Part shown: positions 1 through 9,589 of the stretch, piece after piece
How positions within the stretch are numbered: the first letter of the stretch is position 1
Layout of the letters: each line of letters starts with the position of its first letter
Assembly (NCBI GenBank): GCA_964421335.1
Contig: CAYQWU010000002.1
Span: 1 to 27,420 of the forward strand
Length of the DNA: 27,420 nucleotides
From: an uncultured Candidatus Peribacteria bacterium
Lineage (GTDB): Bacteria; Patescibacteriota; Gracilibacteria; BD1-5; JAGOOR01
Reading direction: 5' to 3'
The notes under the pieces: generated by a model
What the model was told of the DNA's origin: nothing
Seen by the model: the letters and a program-made list of their open reading frames with translations, nothing else
Databases searched by the model: none
Translations under genes and position numbers: made by a program

Positions 1-231
1 CATGATGTTCCTGGCCTCCTCTCGCGAATTACGCAGATTATTTACGATATGGGTATCAATATCATAGATTTGGCACTTGTGGCTCAGGATGACGGTACGA
101 CTCACCTCGGCGTGAGCATAGAGGCACCAGATGATGACGAGTCCCTCTTGGACCGTCTGATGGAGAGAATTCAGCTCCATATTCCGGAGTTTCTGATGCG
201 GGATGATGATTTTTTTGACAAGAGGAAATAA
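1..231 (+). CDS. 3' end of an ACT-domain protein, probably the RelA/SpoT (p)ppGpp synthetase/hydrolase (5'-truncated by window edge)
   Basis: Frame is open from base 1: HDVPGLLSRITQIIYDMGINIIDL... matches the ACT pattern D-x-P-G-L-L-x-x-I...G-I-N-I found at the C-terminus of long RSH proteins; TAA at 229-231. The RSH assignment is inference, since other proteins also end in ACT. Confidence 0.65.
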   Translation, partial: HDVPGLLSRITQIIYDMGINIIDLALVAQDDGTTHLGVSIEAPDDDESLLDRLMERIQLHIPEFLMRDDDFFDKRK

Positions 232-241
232 TCTATACAAT
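215..241 (+). promoter_or_regulatory. sigma70-type promoter for rpsU, TTGACA-N15-TACAAT
   Basis: TTGACA 215-220, 15-nt spacer, TACAAT 236-241, about 30 nt upstream of the rpsU ATG. Confidence 0.6.
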
Positions 242-272
242 TCAGGTACTTATTTATCAGTTATTAGACCAT

Positions 273-476
273 ATGGTTCGTTTTTACGCTACAAAGAAAG
301 AAGGAGAATCAAGCGACAAAATGCTCGTCCGATTCAAGAAACTCCTCTACGGTTCTCGTTTGATTACTGATCTCCGAGCTCGTCGTTATAACAAAAAAGA
401 TCCTACAAGACGCAAGGTTCGTGAACAGGCTATCGTGTGTTCTCGATACAGAGAGCTTTCTGATGAGCTTTCGTAA
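273..476 (+). CDS. rpsU: 30S ribosomal protein S21
   Basis: 67 aa, basic; KKEGESSDKMLVRFKK...LRARRYNKK pattern typical of bS21. Confidence 0.9.
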   Translation: MVRFYATKKEGESSDKMLVRFKKLLYGSRLITDLRARRYNKKDPTRRKVREQAIVCSRYRELSDELS

Positions 477-495
477 ATTTTGGTAAATCTAATTC

Positions 496-522
496 ATCCC
501 ACTCAATTGAGTGGGATTTTTC
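496..522 (+). terminator. Intrinsic terminator hairpin after rpsU
   Basis: Perfect 22-bp palindrome ATCCCACTCAA/TTGAGTGGGAT (496-517) followed by a T-run, 20 nt after the stop codon. Confidence 0.75.
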
Positions 523-572
523 TTGTTCCAAATGAAAACATATCTATACTACTTTCACTTAAATTCTGTCTT

Positions 573-773
573 ATGCTTACTTTTTGAATTGTTGCTCTTA
601 TTCTGGGCACAGCGATACTCTTTAATCCAGCGATTCTCGGTTTCCTCGTAGGCTTATTCCTCCTTATCCTCGGTTCATGGATAATTCTGGGGTGGTACAA
701 GGTCAATAAAATTCTTGAAAAGACTTATTCTATGTGAAAATATCAGATTATCTTTCAGAAAAAGAAAAAATAA
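573..773 (+). CDS. Small membrane protein (66 aa, two hydrophobic segments), missed by the ORF track
   Basis: With TGA=Gly: MLTFGIVALILGTAILFNPAILGFLVGLFLLILGSWIILGWYKVNKILEKTYSMGKYQIIFQKKKK*. Its TAA lies 2 nt before the next ATG, and TTGTTC-N16-TATACT lies upstream (523-550). Confidence 0.7.
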
Positions 774-775
774 TC

Positions 776-1516
776 ATGTATACGATTTTTGCACTTATAG
801 CCGCTTTTCTCGGCCTCGTTCTCTGGTCGTATATTGTCTCCTACATGATGTATGAGGGTGTAGACAGGCAGTTTATCCTCCGAGCTCGGCGAGGTATAGT
901 TCGCGGCATGGCTGTTGCTGGTATTTTTATCTTTGTCGAATACATCCCTGTATTGAGAGACTTTATACAGAGGGATTGGGTGTTGTTTCCTGCAATTTTT
1001 TTCATCATTTCTCTGCCTCTTTCATGGCAGAGAGTTGGTGGTGTGGCTCTTTTTCCACTTCTCATATCTTTGGTTGCCTGGTTTATACTCTCATTTTCTG
1101 GAGATTCGTTTATTTCATTCCTCTGGTCCCCATTTCATGAAGAAATAGGGAAGTGGTACCAATCCGTCACCTTGAGTTATCCGGCTATTATGAGTCCTTT
1201 TGTGAGCCTCGGATTTGGTTTTCTCGAAAACTTCCGTTATTTTTCCGTCGATCTCACTCTCACCCAGATTTTGGGCCGTACGGTCTTTTCTTTGCCTCTC
1301 CATATCTTTGTGGGCCTTTTTGCATTCTGGGTCCTTCTTTCATCGCGTAATCGTACTGTAGGAGCCGTACTGGGGCTTGTAGCGGCTATTACCTTCCACT
1401 CCGTCTATAACTGGTCTCTAGATATATCGCTCATCCTCACACTCTTCCTCATTATCCTCGGATATATGTTTTATGGCTGGAGTCTGGAGAATGGTTGGTG
1501 GAAGAAAAGTCTCTAA
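776..1516 (+). CDS. PrsW-family intramembrane glutamic/metalloprotease
   Basis: Multi-pass hydrophobic protein with the PrsW motifs EExxK (HEEIGK), FGFLEN, a conserved His (SLPLH) and HxxxN (HSVYN). ATG at 776 is preferred over the GTG at 734. Confidence 0.85.
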   Translation: MYTIFALIAAFLGLVLWSYIVSYMMYEGVDRQFILRARRGIVRGMAVAGIFIFVEYIPVLRDFIQRDWVLFPAIFFIISLPLSWQRVGGVALFPLLISLVAWFILSFSGDSFISFLWSPFHEEIGKWYQSVTLSYPAIMSPFVSLGFGFLENFRYFSVDLTLTQILGRTVFSLPLHIFVGLFAFWVLLSSRNRTVGAVLGLVAAITFHSVYNWSLDISLILTLFLIILGYMFYGWSLENGWWKKSL

Positions 1517-1522
1517 AAAATT

Positions 1523-1550
1523 AAAAAATCCTCTCGAGAGAGGATTTTTT
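1523..1550. terminator. Bidirectional intrinsic terminator between convergent genes
   Basis: AAAAAATCCTCTC-GA-GAGAGGATTTTTT inverted repeat with A and T tails on either side. Confidence 0.8.
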
Positions 1551-1559
1551 AGATTTGTT

Positions 1560-2036
1560 CTATTTTTCTTCAGGTTTTTCCCAACCGAATTTTGGATCTA
1601 GTATAAAATTACCATGATCATCTACTTCTTCAACTAAATTTCACGCCAAAACTTGAGGATTAAGTGACCACAATAGGCCTCCTCCTGGTATAAAAATTCA
1701 TATGTCCTTTCATGATTCAGTTCATGATTCTGATTTTCATGACTCTAGGAGCGCATCTATTCTCATATTTAGTAGAGTCTCTCGGGCTTTTTGTGTGTCA
1801 ATTGTGTCATTTAGAACACTATTCTCTTCCTCTAACATAAAAATTTCGGATTCGAGTTCTAATGTATCTGTGTTTACAGCATTTGGAATTTCACTAGAGG
1901 CTGCTGATTCTTTATCTGCTTTTGGCAAAAGTGACCCAATAGATATGCATACCATACCTACAAGCAACAGACAACCGCGATTGGCTTTTTTATTGATTCT
2001 TTGTTGTGTAATTATATCAGGTGTACTTTCGCCCAT
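1560..2036 (-). CDS. Hypothetical protein (158 aa), N-terminal membrane anchor plus short coiled coil
   Basis: Track ORF 1737-2036 reads through TGA(Gly) to TAG at 1562-1560; C-terminus ...GIFIPGGGLLWSLNPQVLAGNLVEEVDDHGNFILDPKFGWEKPEEK*. Confidence 0.7.
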
Positions 2037-2065
2037 AATTCACTATTAAAATTTATATACGAATT

Positions 2066-2092
2066 ACTATATATTATTTATATATTTGTCAA
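2066..2092 (-). promoter_or_regulatory. Promoter TTGACA-N15-TATAGT for the 1560-2036 gene
   Basis: The minus strand reads TTGACA aatatataaataata TATAGT. The region is AT-rich, so other -10 choices are possible. Confidence 0.45.
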
Positions 2093-2098
2093 ATTAAT

Positions 2099-3643
2099 TT
2101 ATACCTTTTTCAGTGCTTCGATTTCTCCTTTTATCCTGTCTACTTCTTTTGTACTTCCAGTATCTGTCGCGAGCCACCTATTATAGAGATCGATAGCGAT
2201 AGCTTCTCTCGTTTTATCACCCAGTACACCTGCAGATGAAGAGGTGAGACTGTCGATGACCTTGAGATCGAGTTGGTATTTTGCGAGAGCACCCTTGGTT
2301 ATCTCACCAAATATCGCTGTATCCTTGACTGTCATATAACCGAGTTCTTTGAGTTTCTTTTGGAGTGTTCGGATTTCTGGGTGGACTTGCCCTATTTTGG
2401 CTGTTGGGATCTTTTTCAGGATGTTCACGAATTCGAGTTTTTTCTTATCCCGGAGAGCATTGAGAGTTGCCTGTGCTTCGCTCAGTGATACTTCGAGGTT
2501 TGCGATTTCCCCCTTTCTCGCTGTGTATGAAGCGTATGATTCAGAGAGTGCACTCTTTGTGACAGGTCCATAGTATCCAGCTCCTGGATCTTCTTCTCCA
2601 GTGACGATTTTCTTCGCGAGTTGAAATGCGTAGAGCGCATCGACGAGTCGCTTGTTATATATTCCGTCGATATCATATTTGAAATATCCGAGATCCTTTA
2701 GTTGATTCTGGAGTTCTCGGACATCACCGAGCTCAGTAGTATTTTGTTCTGGAGTGAGATTTGTTGTTGGTGTAGGGACGCTGTTATCTGTTGTAGGAGT
2801 TGTGACTGTTGTATTTACGGCAGTGGTATTGGTGGTCTTATTGAGTTCACCTGAGACGAGAGCTTTGAGCATAGCACGAGTTTTTGGTCCATAAGTACCA
2901 GCTCCGTCATCTGTTTTTTCTTTCACTATACCGTTTGCTTTCTGGAAACGGAATATCGCATCTGTGAGAGTATCATTATAGAGACCATTGATAGCTCCTG
3001 TGTAGATATTGACTCGAGTGAGGAGTTTCTGGACCGTCTGGATGTCCTCGACCGCACTTCCTGAGCCGATAGGCATAGTAAATGGATCAAATGCCTTCTT
3101 GATACCAGAAGAGAGGGGGACTGTTTCAGTATTTGGATTGCTACAATTTCCTGGCATCGTGTCAAAAGAGCTCGTGTCAGCAATAACAGAATTATTATCA
3201 AATTCTACATAAACTGTCTGAACACCAAAGTTGATAGCGCGACAGAGTCATTCTTGTCATTTTCCCATGTAGATATCGAGACGGGGGAGCTTCGAAGCTG
3301 AGTGTATAGCACCACCACGGTCGAGGATAGTTCCGTGAAAATCAAAATCATAGGCAGTTCACCTGATAGTGATATTTTGTTTGATGTGAACACGAGTATT
3401 GTATGGCCATTCTCGGGGTGCTGCTATTGCGCCTATTCTGACTGGTTGTCCTGATGCTGTTGTTTTACCTGCTCCGTTCATCTTTACTTCATCTGCGTAG
3501 CTCCCATGGAGATAGAAGTCTTGTCATTCGAGTGGTGAATAGTACGCTGAGACGAGATAGTATCATCCTTCAGCATGAGCTGTTAGGGGTATGAGCTGTG
3601 CTGAGAGTGCCAGGAGTGCCAAGAGGCTAGTTATACGACGCAT
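2099..3643 (-). CDS. Secreted 3D (Asp-Asp-Asp)-domain protein with about three peptidoglycan-binding (PG_binding_1-like) repeats; putative lytic transglycosylase (514 aa)
   Basis: With TGA=Gly the track ORF extends to ATG 3643: signal peptide MRRITSLLALLALSAQLIPLTAHA, then TTASG...GAIAAP...DRGGAI...LDIYMG...AINFG (3D domain), then repeats of the type VQ-x-x-L...G-x-Y...A-x-x-x-FQ...G-x-Y-G-P-x-T. Confidence 0.85.
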
Positions 3644-3664
3644 AAAAAAGAAAATTATGCTCAC

Positions 3665-3691
3665 ATTGTATCCTCTGAGAAAAGATGGCAA
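3665..3691 (-). promoter_or_regulatory. Promoter TTGCCA-N15-TACAAT for the 3D-domain gene
   Basis: Plus-strand tggcaa 3686-3691 and attgta 3665-3670 are separated by 15 nt, 21 nt upstream of the ATG. Confidence 0.55.
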
Positions 3692-3777
3692 CCCAAAAGT
3701 TATTGACATCAAAAACCTCGTCCAGGAGAGTCTTCTGGATAGCTTGCAAACTCTCCTCTCCTTCGTAGACTCATAAA

Positions 3778-4140
3778 ATGACAGGATTTAATAATCGTTC
3801 TCGAGGTGATGTGGGTGAAGATCTCGCCGTAGAATATCTCACCCATCATGGATATGAGGTGGTGGAGAGAAATGCGACATTTCTCGGAGGAGAACTGGAT
3901 ATCATCTGTAAAAAAGGTGAGTTCTGGAGATTTGTAGAAGTGAAGTATCGTGAGAGCACTGTATTTGGTTATCCAGAGGACTCTATGACGCCCAAGAAAA
4001 TCAAGACCCTTCTCCGAGCCATAGAATTCTATTGTTTGAAGAATGGTATAGACTACTCACAGACGCGACTCGACTTTCTCGGCATACTTCTCTTGCCTAC
4101 GAGGGAGTACGAATACAGACTTGTAGAAGATGTGAACTAA
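3778..4140 (+). CDS. yraN: YraN/UPF0102-family PD-(D/E)XK nuclease-like protein
   Basis: G-x-x-GEDLA-x-x-YL...GY-x-x-x-ERN...GELDII...FVEVKYR motifs. TTGCAA-N16-TAGACT ends 6 nt before the ATG. Confidence 0.9.
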   Translation: MTGFNNRSRGDVGEDLAVEYLTHHGYEVVERNATFLGGELDIICKKGEFWRFVEVKYRESTVFGYPEDSMTPKKIKTLLRAIEFYCLKNGIDYSQTRLDFLGILLLPTREYEYRLVEDVN

Positions 4141-4592
4141 CTAGATAGAGAAATAGGTAGAGCTAGAGGGCGGATTTTTTATAATAGTACTATGCAATTT
4201 TACTTTCAAACATTAGTAGTCTGGCAAAAAGCCTTCGAACTCACAAAGCATGTGTATTCTCTTCTTGAATTTTTCCCAAAACAGGAACAGTTCGCTCTTA
4301 CTGATCAAATGAGGCGTTCTGCTGTATCTGTCATGAGTAATATTGCCGAATGAAGCGGACGGTCTTCCACTGCAGATAAAAATCATTTCTACACAATGGC
4401 CAAATGATCAGCTATGGAGCTCGCATCTCAGATTTTACTTGCTAGAGATATTTGATATATTACTGACACAGAGGAATCGGATATCTGTCTCTGACTTATC
4501 GAGGAGGTAATGAAGATGACCTATTCCATGACTCAAAAATAATATAATTAGTCCGCCCTCTACCTCTTTCTCTACCTTTTACCTATCTATTA
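4138..4592. repeat. Imperfect inverted repeats enclosing the four-helix-bundle gene
   Basis: Left arm 4138-4174 (taactagatagagaaataggtagagctagagggcgga) pairs with right arm 4552-4592 (tccgccctctacctctttctctaccttttacctatctatta). There is a perfect 11-bp core TAGAGGGCGGA/TCCGCCCTCTA plus matching AGGTAGAG and TAGATAG blocks. Confidence 0.75.
4192..4542 (+). CDS. Four-helix-bundle protein (TIGR02436, '23S rRNA IVP' family), missed by the ORF track
   Basis: With TGA=Gly: [57 protein letters not shown]...[24 protein letters not shown]..., carrying the family signature QxRRxAxSxxxNIAEG. Four in-frame TGA codons. Confidence 0.92.
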
Positions 4593-5242
4593 TGAAACTC
4601 TTCCTCGATTCAGCTGATCTATCGCTCATCACACAGTATTCTGAATACGGTATTGTCGATGGTGTGACTACCAATCCTACAATAATTGCCAAAGAATGAG
4701 CAGATCAAGCAACGCGCATTCGTGAAATTGCTGCCATTATCTCTTGACCTGTGAGTTGTGAGGTGACCACCCTGACAGCAGAGGAAATGATAGAACAAGG
4801 GCGTGAATTTGCATCTTGGGGTGATAATATCTATGTGAAACTTCCGATAATTCCTGAGGGGTTAAAAGCATTGAAAGTCCTCGCTGCAGAGTGAATCCCG
4901 ACGAATATGACACTGTGTTTTTCTGTGACGCAGGCCTGGGTAGTGGCAAAACTCGGCGCAACACTCGTGAGTCCGTTCGTTGGTCGTCTCGATGATCGTG
5001 GAGAGGATGGCGTGAAACTCGTCGAGGATATCGTCAATCTCTATCGTCTTCATGGCTACGAGACAGCTGTTCTCGCTGCGAGTATTCGTTCAGTCGACCA
5101 TATTCGCCGTTGTGCACTCGTCGGCGCAGATATAGTCACGCTTCCTCCGAAACTCATCGATGAGATGCTCCAGCATGATCTCACTGATACTGGACTTGCT
5201 AAATTCATGGAAGACTTTCAGGCTTCACAAAAGAATAAATAA
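4592..5242 (+). CDS. tal: Transaldolase / fructose-6-phosphate aldolase (TalC family, 216 aa)
   Basis: MKLFLDSAD...GVTTNPT...KEG(TGA)...VKLP Schiff-base Lys...NMTLCFS...[10 protein letters not shown]...AASIRS. Confidence 0.93.
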
Positions 5243-5253
5243 AAAGAAAGGAT

Positions 5254-6081
5254 ATGACGACTTTTTCTCAAACTTCTGACCCAGTTGAACTCTCAAAAAT
5301 AGCTCACCAGCTCCGTCTCGATGTTCTCGAGATGCTTCACCTCGCTGGCTCGGGTCACATAGGATGACCTTTTGGTATGGCGGATATTTTTGCAGCACTG
5401 TATTTCTCTTTCCTCAATACTACTCCAGAAAATCCTACTAACCCAGACAGAGATTATTGTCTCCTCTCAAATGGCCATATCTGTCCGATTTATTATGCTA
5501 CGCTCGCTCGACGCGGTTTCTTCCCGGTTGAAGAACTGCAACACCTTCGAAAGATTGATTCACTCCTGCAATGACATCCGAAACTCGGTATTCCTGGCGT
5601 TGAGAACTCTTCGTGACCTCTTGGTCATGGACTTTCTCAGGCGGTGTGAATTGCCTTGACGCTCAAGATGGATGGCAAGAAAAATCGTGTAGTCTGCTGT
5701 ATGTCTGATGGTGAGCATCAGGAGTGACAGACATGGGAAGCGGTGATGTCCGCTCATAAATGGAATCTCAGCAATCTCATCGCTATCATGGATTATAATA
5801 ATCTCCAGATCGAGTGAACAACTGATGAGATAATGCCTCTCGGGAATCTCGCTGAGAAATACAGAGCATTTGGTTGGGAAGTGAAGGAAATAGACGGACA
5901 TAATTTTACCGAAATATTGGAGGCATTAGACTCGGCAGATGCAGCTGAAAAACCCACCATGATTGTCGCGAAGACGACACTCGGAAAATGAGTCTCATTT
6001 ATGGAAAATAATTGGGCGTACCATGACTGGGCAGGGAAGCCTGGTGATTACGAGAAAGCCTTGGCAGAACTTTCAAAATAA
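5254..6081 (+). CDS. tkt: Transketolase, N-terminal (TPP-binding) subunit (275 aa)
   Basis: AGSGHIGG, LSNGH, LQGHP, GPLGHGLSQAVG, SDGEHQEG-x-TWEA...DYNNLQ (TPP motif) and KTTLGKG; several of these conserved Gly are TGA. Confidence 0.93.
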
Positions 6082-6156
6082 AAAGAGAGGGGATTCTCCC
6101 GAAAATTGTCCATAGACCAAGACTGTCGATTTTTCCAAAATATATACAATTGTGAC

Positions 6157-7122
6157 ATGAAAAAATTCCTCATCTTTTCACTTTTCACTTTTCACTTTTC
6201 ACTGATCGGGGCATTTGCCTTTACTCCTTCTGCTGACTTTGTCGCCTATGCGGACAAGCTCGGTGGTCAGATGGGCACGCTTTTTGCTCGTATGTCGCCT
6301 GAGGAGAAAACAAGCGTCATCACTAATCTGAATACCAGACTCGTACAACTCCAGAATAATCTCATCGGATTGAGTGATCCGAAGATGCTCAATCGTCTCT
6401 ACCTGATACAATATCTCGCGAGAAATATTCCTGGTCTTGAATCATTTGAACAAGAGGATGTCATCTATGATGAACTGACTTCGACCATATGGACTCATGC
6501 AAAAAATGGTTTTGATCTCCTCTATCAGCCATTTAATACACCGCGGTTTGAGTCACATGACAGTGCCAAAAAATACCGCGCACTCGTGAACGGTGGCTAT
6601 TTCAATAAAATCGACGGCTCCATCTATCATGCTGGACTTCTCGCTCTGGATGGACAGCGATATACTCCTCCTGTGTTTGATAATTCTCAGGTGACGCATT
6701 TCCTGTGTCAGGATAGTCACTGAATCCGTATCATGCCAAATGTCGACTACCACGAATCTCTCATAGATTCTTGCGATGTCCTCTTCCAGGCTGGGCCAGT
6801 TATCTATTCCAAAAGAGGAGATCTTATCGAAGAAGACTTGAGACCAGCCTCATATATAGGGAAAGCTCATAAGCGAACAGCCCTCGTTCTCTTCGAAAAA
6901 GCTGGCGTCCAGGATGTGTGGTTTCTGACTATCAATGAGGAAGAAACACTGACAGAGGTGAGGAATATAGTTCTCCGAGAAATGCGATTTATTGGTGCAT
7001 ACGATACGGTACAAATCCTCAATCTCGATGGCGGGAGCTCAGTTGCTCATGTGAATTACGCCCATCCGGAACTCAATATTGGCAGGACAAAGATTCTGCC
7101 TATAGTATTGGGTATTAAATAA
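6157..7122 (+). CDS. Secreted phosphodiester glycosidase-family (NAGPA-like) protein (321 aa)
   Basis: Track ORFs 6106-6723 and 6733-7122 fuse through TGA. Signal peptide MKKFLIFSLF..., then NGGYF, QAGP, RTAL and LNLDGGSS family motifs. Confidence 0.8.
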
Positions 7123-7131
7123 TTTTATTTT

Positions 7132-8097
7132 ATGTTATTGTCCAACTGGTCCGACGAAACCTCTCTGACAAAAAAATCCATCCGTGCTGGATGGGGTGAG
7201 GGAATTGTCCAACTCGCTCGTCGGAATTCAGATGTTGTCGTCCTCAATGCTGACCTCCCATGATCCCTCAAGCTTGAAGGATTTATCCATGAATTTCCAG
7301 AGCGGTATTTCCAGGTCGGTGTCGCAGAGCAGAATATGGCGGGTATCGCTACTGGTATGGCCCATGCAGGGAAGATTCCATTTATTACTTCATTTGCTGC
7401 GTTTAGTCCGGGACTGAATTTCAGCCAGATTCGACTTGCAGCGATGTCGCACCTCCCACTCAAGGTCGTCGGAAGTCACTATGGTCTCAATGTCGGTCCA
7501 GATGGTGCGAGCGCTCAGATGGAGAGCGATATTGCTATGATGCGTGCACTTCCTGGCGTACGCGTCTTGTCTCCTGCTGATTATAACCAAGCAATACAGA
7601 TGGTTGCTGCGATGGCAGATGGCGAAGGTGTCGACTATATCCGTGTGACGCGTGCTGATTTTCCAGTATTTCTCGATGACACACCGATAGAGATCGGCAA
7701 AGCTCAGAAACTTCTCGACGGGACGGATGTGACCATTATCGCGACTGGCTCCATGGTCTACGAAGCCCTTCAAGTCGCTCAATCATTTGTCGCGACAGGG
7801 AAGTCAGTTGATTTCCTCAATATTCACACGATAAAACCGCTCGATAGTGAGAGTATTATTACTTCAGCACAGAAGACTGGTAAGGTCGTCGTCATAGAAG
7901 AACACAATGTCCACTGAGGACTCGGAGATGCGGTCGCTTCCGCTCTTTCTGAGCACTGCCCAACTCGACTCTTGAAGATAGGAATTGCTGATATATTTGC
8001 TGAATCGGGGACACATCGTGAGCTCTGGATGAAGTATTGACTTGATAGGAAAGTCATGTTCCCAAAAATTGAAACCTGGATAAACCAAATTTGATAG
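7132..8097 (+). CDS. tkt: Transketolase, C-terminal (pyrimidine-binding plus C-domain) subunit (321 aa)
   Basis: ADL-x-GS, GVAEQNM, GPDGASAQ, TIKPLD, EEH...GGLG motifs. The gene ends TGA(Gly)-TAG at 8092-8097. Confidence 0.92.
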
Positions 8098-8140
8098 AGC
8101 ACTCTCTTGCATTTTATACTGTATCCTTATTATAAGATTT

Positions 8141-8641
8141 ATGCTTCGTACTATCGCCTACATCATATTTTTGTGCACAGGAATTTTTGCGTTTTTCCTT
8201 ATCGTCCTCTTTTTCCGCTCTCAAGATGGCGTAGTAAATACCTCTACAGATACACCTTCTCGACGCCCGATTATCAGTACCAGCGTCAATGATAAAGTCC
8301 TCTCAAAGGTAGAAAAAGCTTATGAATTCCGTAAATCGACTCAAGATGATATTTTTGGGGCATTTATATTTACCTTTCCAGTAGAGATTACCGTCGCAGA
8401 TCGCATCCGTATGTATGTATTTGAAAATGACTATGCCCTCATTCGTCGTAATCTCCTCCTCCTTTCCAATCTCTATGATTTCCAGGATACGACTGATTTC
8501 TTTGGTAAGACGATGTTTCTCAATGATAAAACTGGTGACGGGCAGATAGTGAGATTTATTACTGAAATTGAAGGACACGCTGTCGGCTTTGAAGTCCTCC
8601 GGGATGAGTATGGTGACCTCAAGAGTTTGCTTTTGCAATAA
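8141..8641 (+). CDS. Hypothetical protein with an N-terminal membrane anchor (166 aa)
   Basis: Clean ATG-to-TAA ORF with host-like codon use. TTGCAT-N15-TATTAT (8107-8133) ends 7 nt before the ATG. Confidence 0.75.
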   Translation: MLRTIAYIIFLCTGIFAFFLIVLFFRSQDGVVNTSTDTPSRRPIISTSVNDKVLSKVEKAYEFRKSTQDDIFGAFIFTFPVEITVADRIRMYVFENDYALIRRNLLLLSNLYDFQDTTDFFGKTMFLNDKTGDGQIVRFITEIEGHAVGFEVLRDEYGDLKSLLLQ

Positions 8642-8653
8642 TTTTTCTATACT
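8627..8653 (+). promoter_or_regulatory. Candidate greA promoter TTGCTT-N15-TATACT
   Basis: Hexamers at 8627-8632 and 8648-8653. A second TATAAT lies at 8659-8664. Confidence 0.4.
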
Positions 8654-8683
8654 TCCTCTATAATTACTCTCTATTTTTCCACT

Positions 8684-9166
8684 ATGGCAAAGAAATATCA
8701 GCTTACCAATGAAGGTCTCGAAAAGCTCCACCTCGAACTCGATGATCTGCGTAATGTAAAACGCGTCGAAATCGCTGAAAAGCTCAAGGTCGCTATCGGA
8801 TACTGAGATCTCTCAGAAAACTCTGAATATCAGTCAGCTCGAGATGAGCAGGCAGCTGTAGAGCTCCGTATCTCTGAGATCGAAGAAATCATGGAAAACT
8901 ATGAAATCCTCGATATGGATAAGAAGGCAAAGAAGAATAATGTGATCACTATCGGTAGCAAATTCACACTCAAGATGGGAACAGAGAAGAATTCTCCAGT
9001 TCAAGAATATATCATCGTCGGTAGTACAGAAGCTGATATCCTCGAGAATCGTATCTCAAATGAATCACCACTCGGACAGGCTGTCATGGGTAAGGCTGAA
9101 GGAGAAATGGCAGAAGGTGTTGCTCGTGCAGGGAAGTTTTCTTATAAAATCATGGAGATAGCCTAG
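8684..9166 (+). CDS. greA: Transcription elongation factor GreA (160 aa)
   Basis: LT-x-EG-x-EKL..., G(TGA)DLSENSEY-x-x-AR-x-EQ, IVGS-x-EAD...ISNESPLG-x-A. Confidence 0.95.
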
Positions 9167-9178
9167 TATACTATTTTT

Positions 9179-9589
9179 ATGAATTACTTTTTCGCTCAAC
9201 ATATCATCCTCATACCACTTGCTGCGTATATCGTTGCAACACTTTTGAAATGATTATTTTTGTGGAGGAAAAATCGATTCCATCTCCAGTCTATGCTCTC
9301 TACAGGAGGTATGCCGTCTGGGCACTCAGCGCTCGTCGCGAGTCTCGCAACGGCTATCGGTATCAAATACGGTCCATTGCATGATCTCTTCGTCCTCGCT
9401 CTCGTCTTCGCAGCTATCGTCATCTACGACGCGATGAATATCCGCTACCAATCAGGTCTTCACGCTCACGCACTCAATAAAATAAAAGGAGAAAAACAAC
9501 TCAATGAATCTCTCGGACACCTCCCATCAGAGACTCTCGTCGGTAGCATGATCGGTGTGTTGGTTGCGGCAGTTTTGATGCAGATTTAG
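9179..9589 (+). CDS. Divergent PAP2 family (DUF212/YuiD-like) membrane protein
   Basis: STGGMPSGHSA, IVIYDA and LNESLGH-x-P-x-E motifs. The start extends to ATG 9179 through a TGA. Confidence 0.9.

Noticed and set aside
3703-3708. Perfect TTGACA upstream of yraN
   Set aside because: No -10-like hexamer lies 15-18 nt downstream. The TTGCAA/TAGACT pair nearer the gene fits better.
8092-8097. TGA-TAG at the end of transketolase-C as a relic of the ancestral stop codon
   Set aside because: This is a single case, and a terminal Gly codon by chance is equally plausible.
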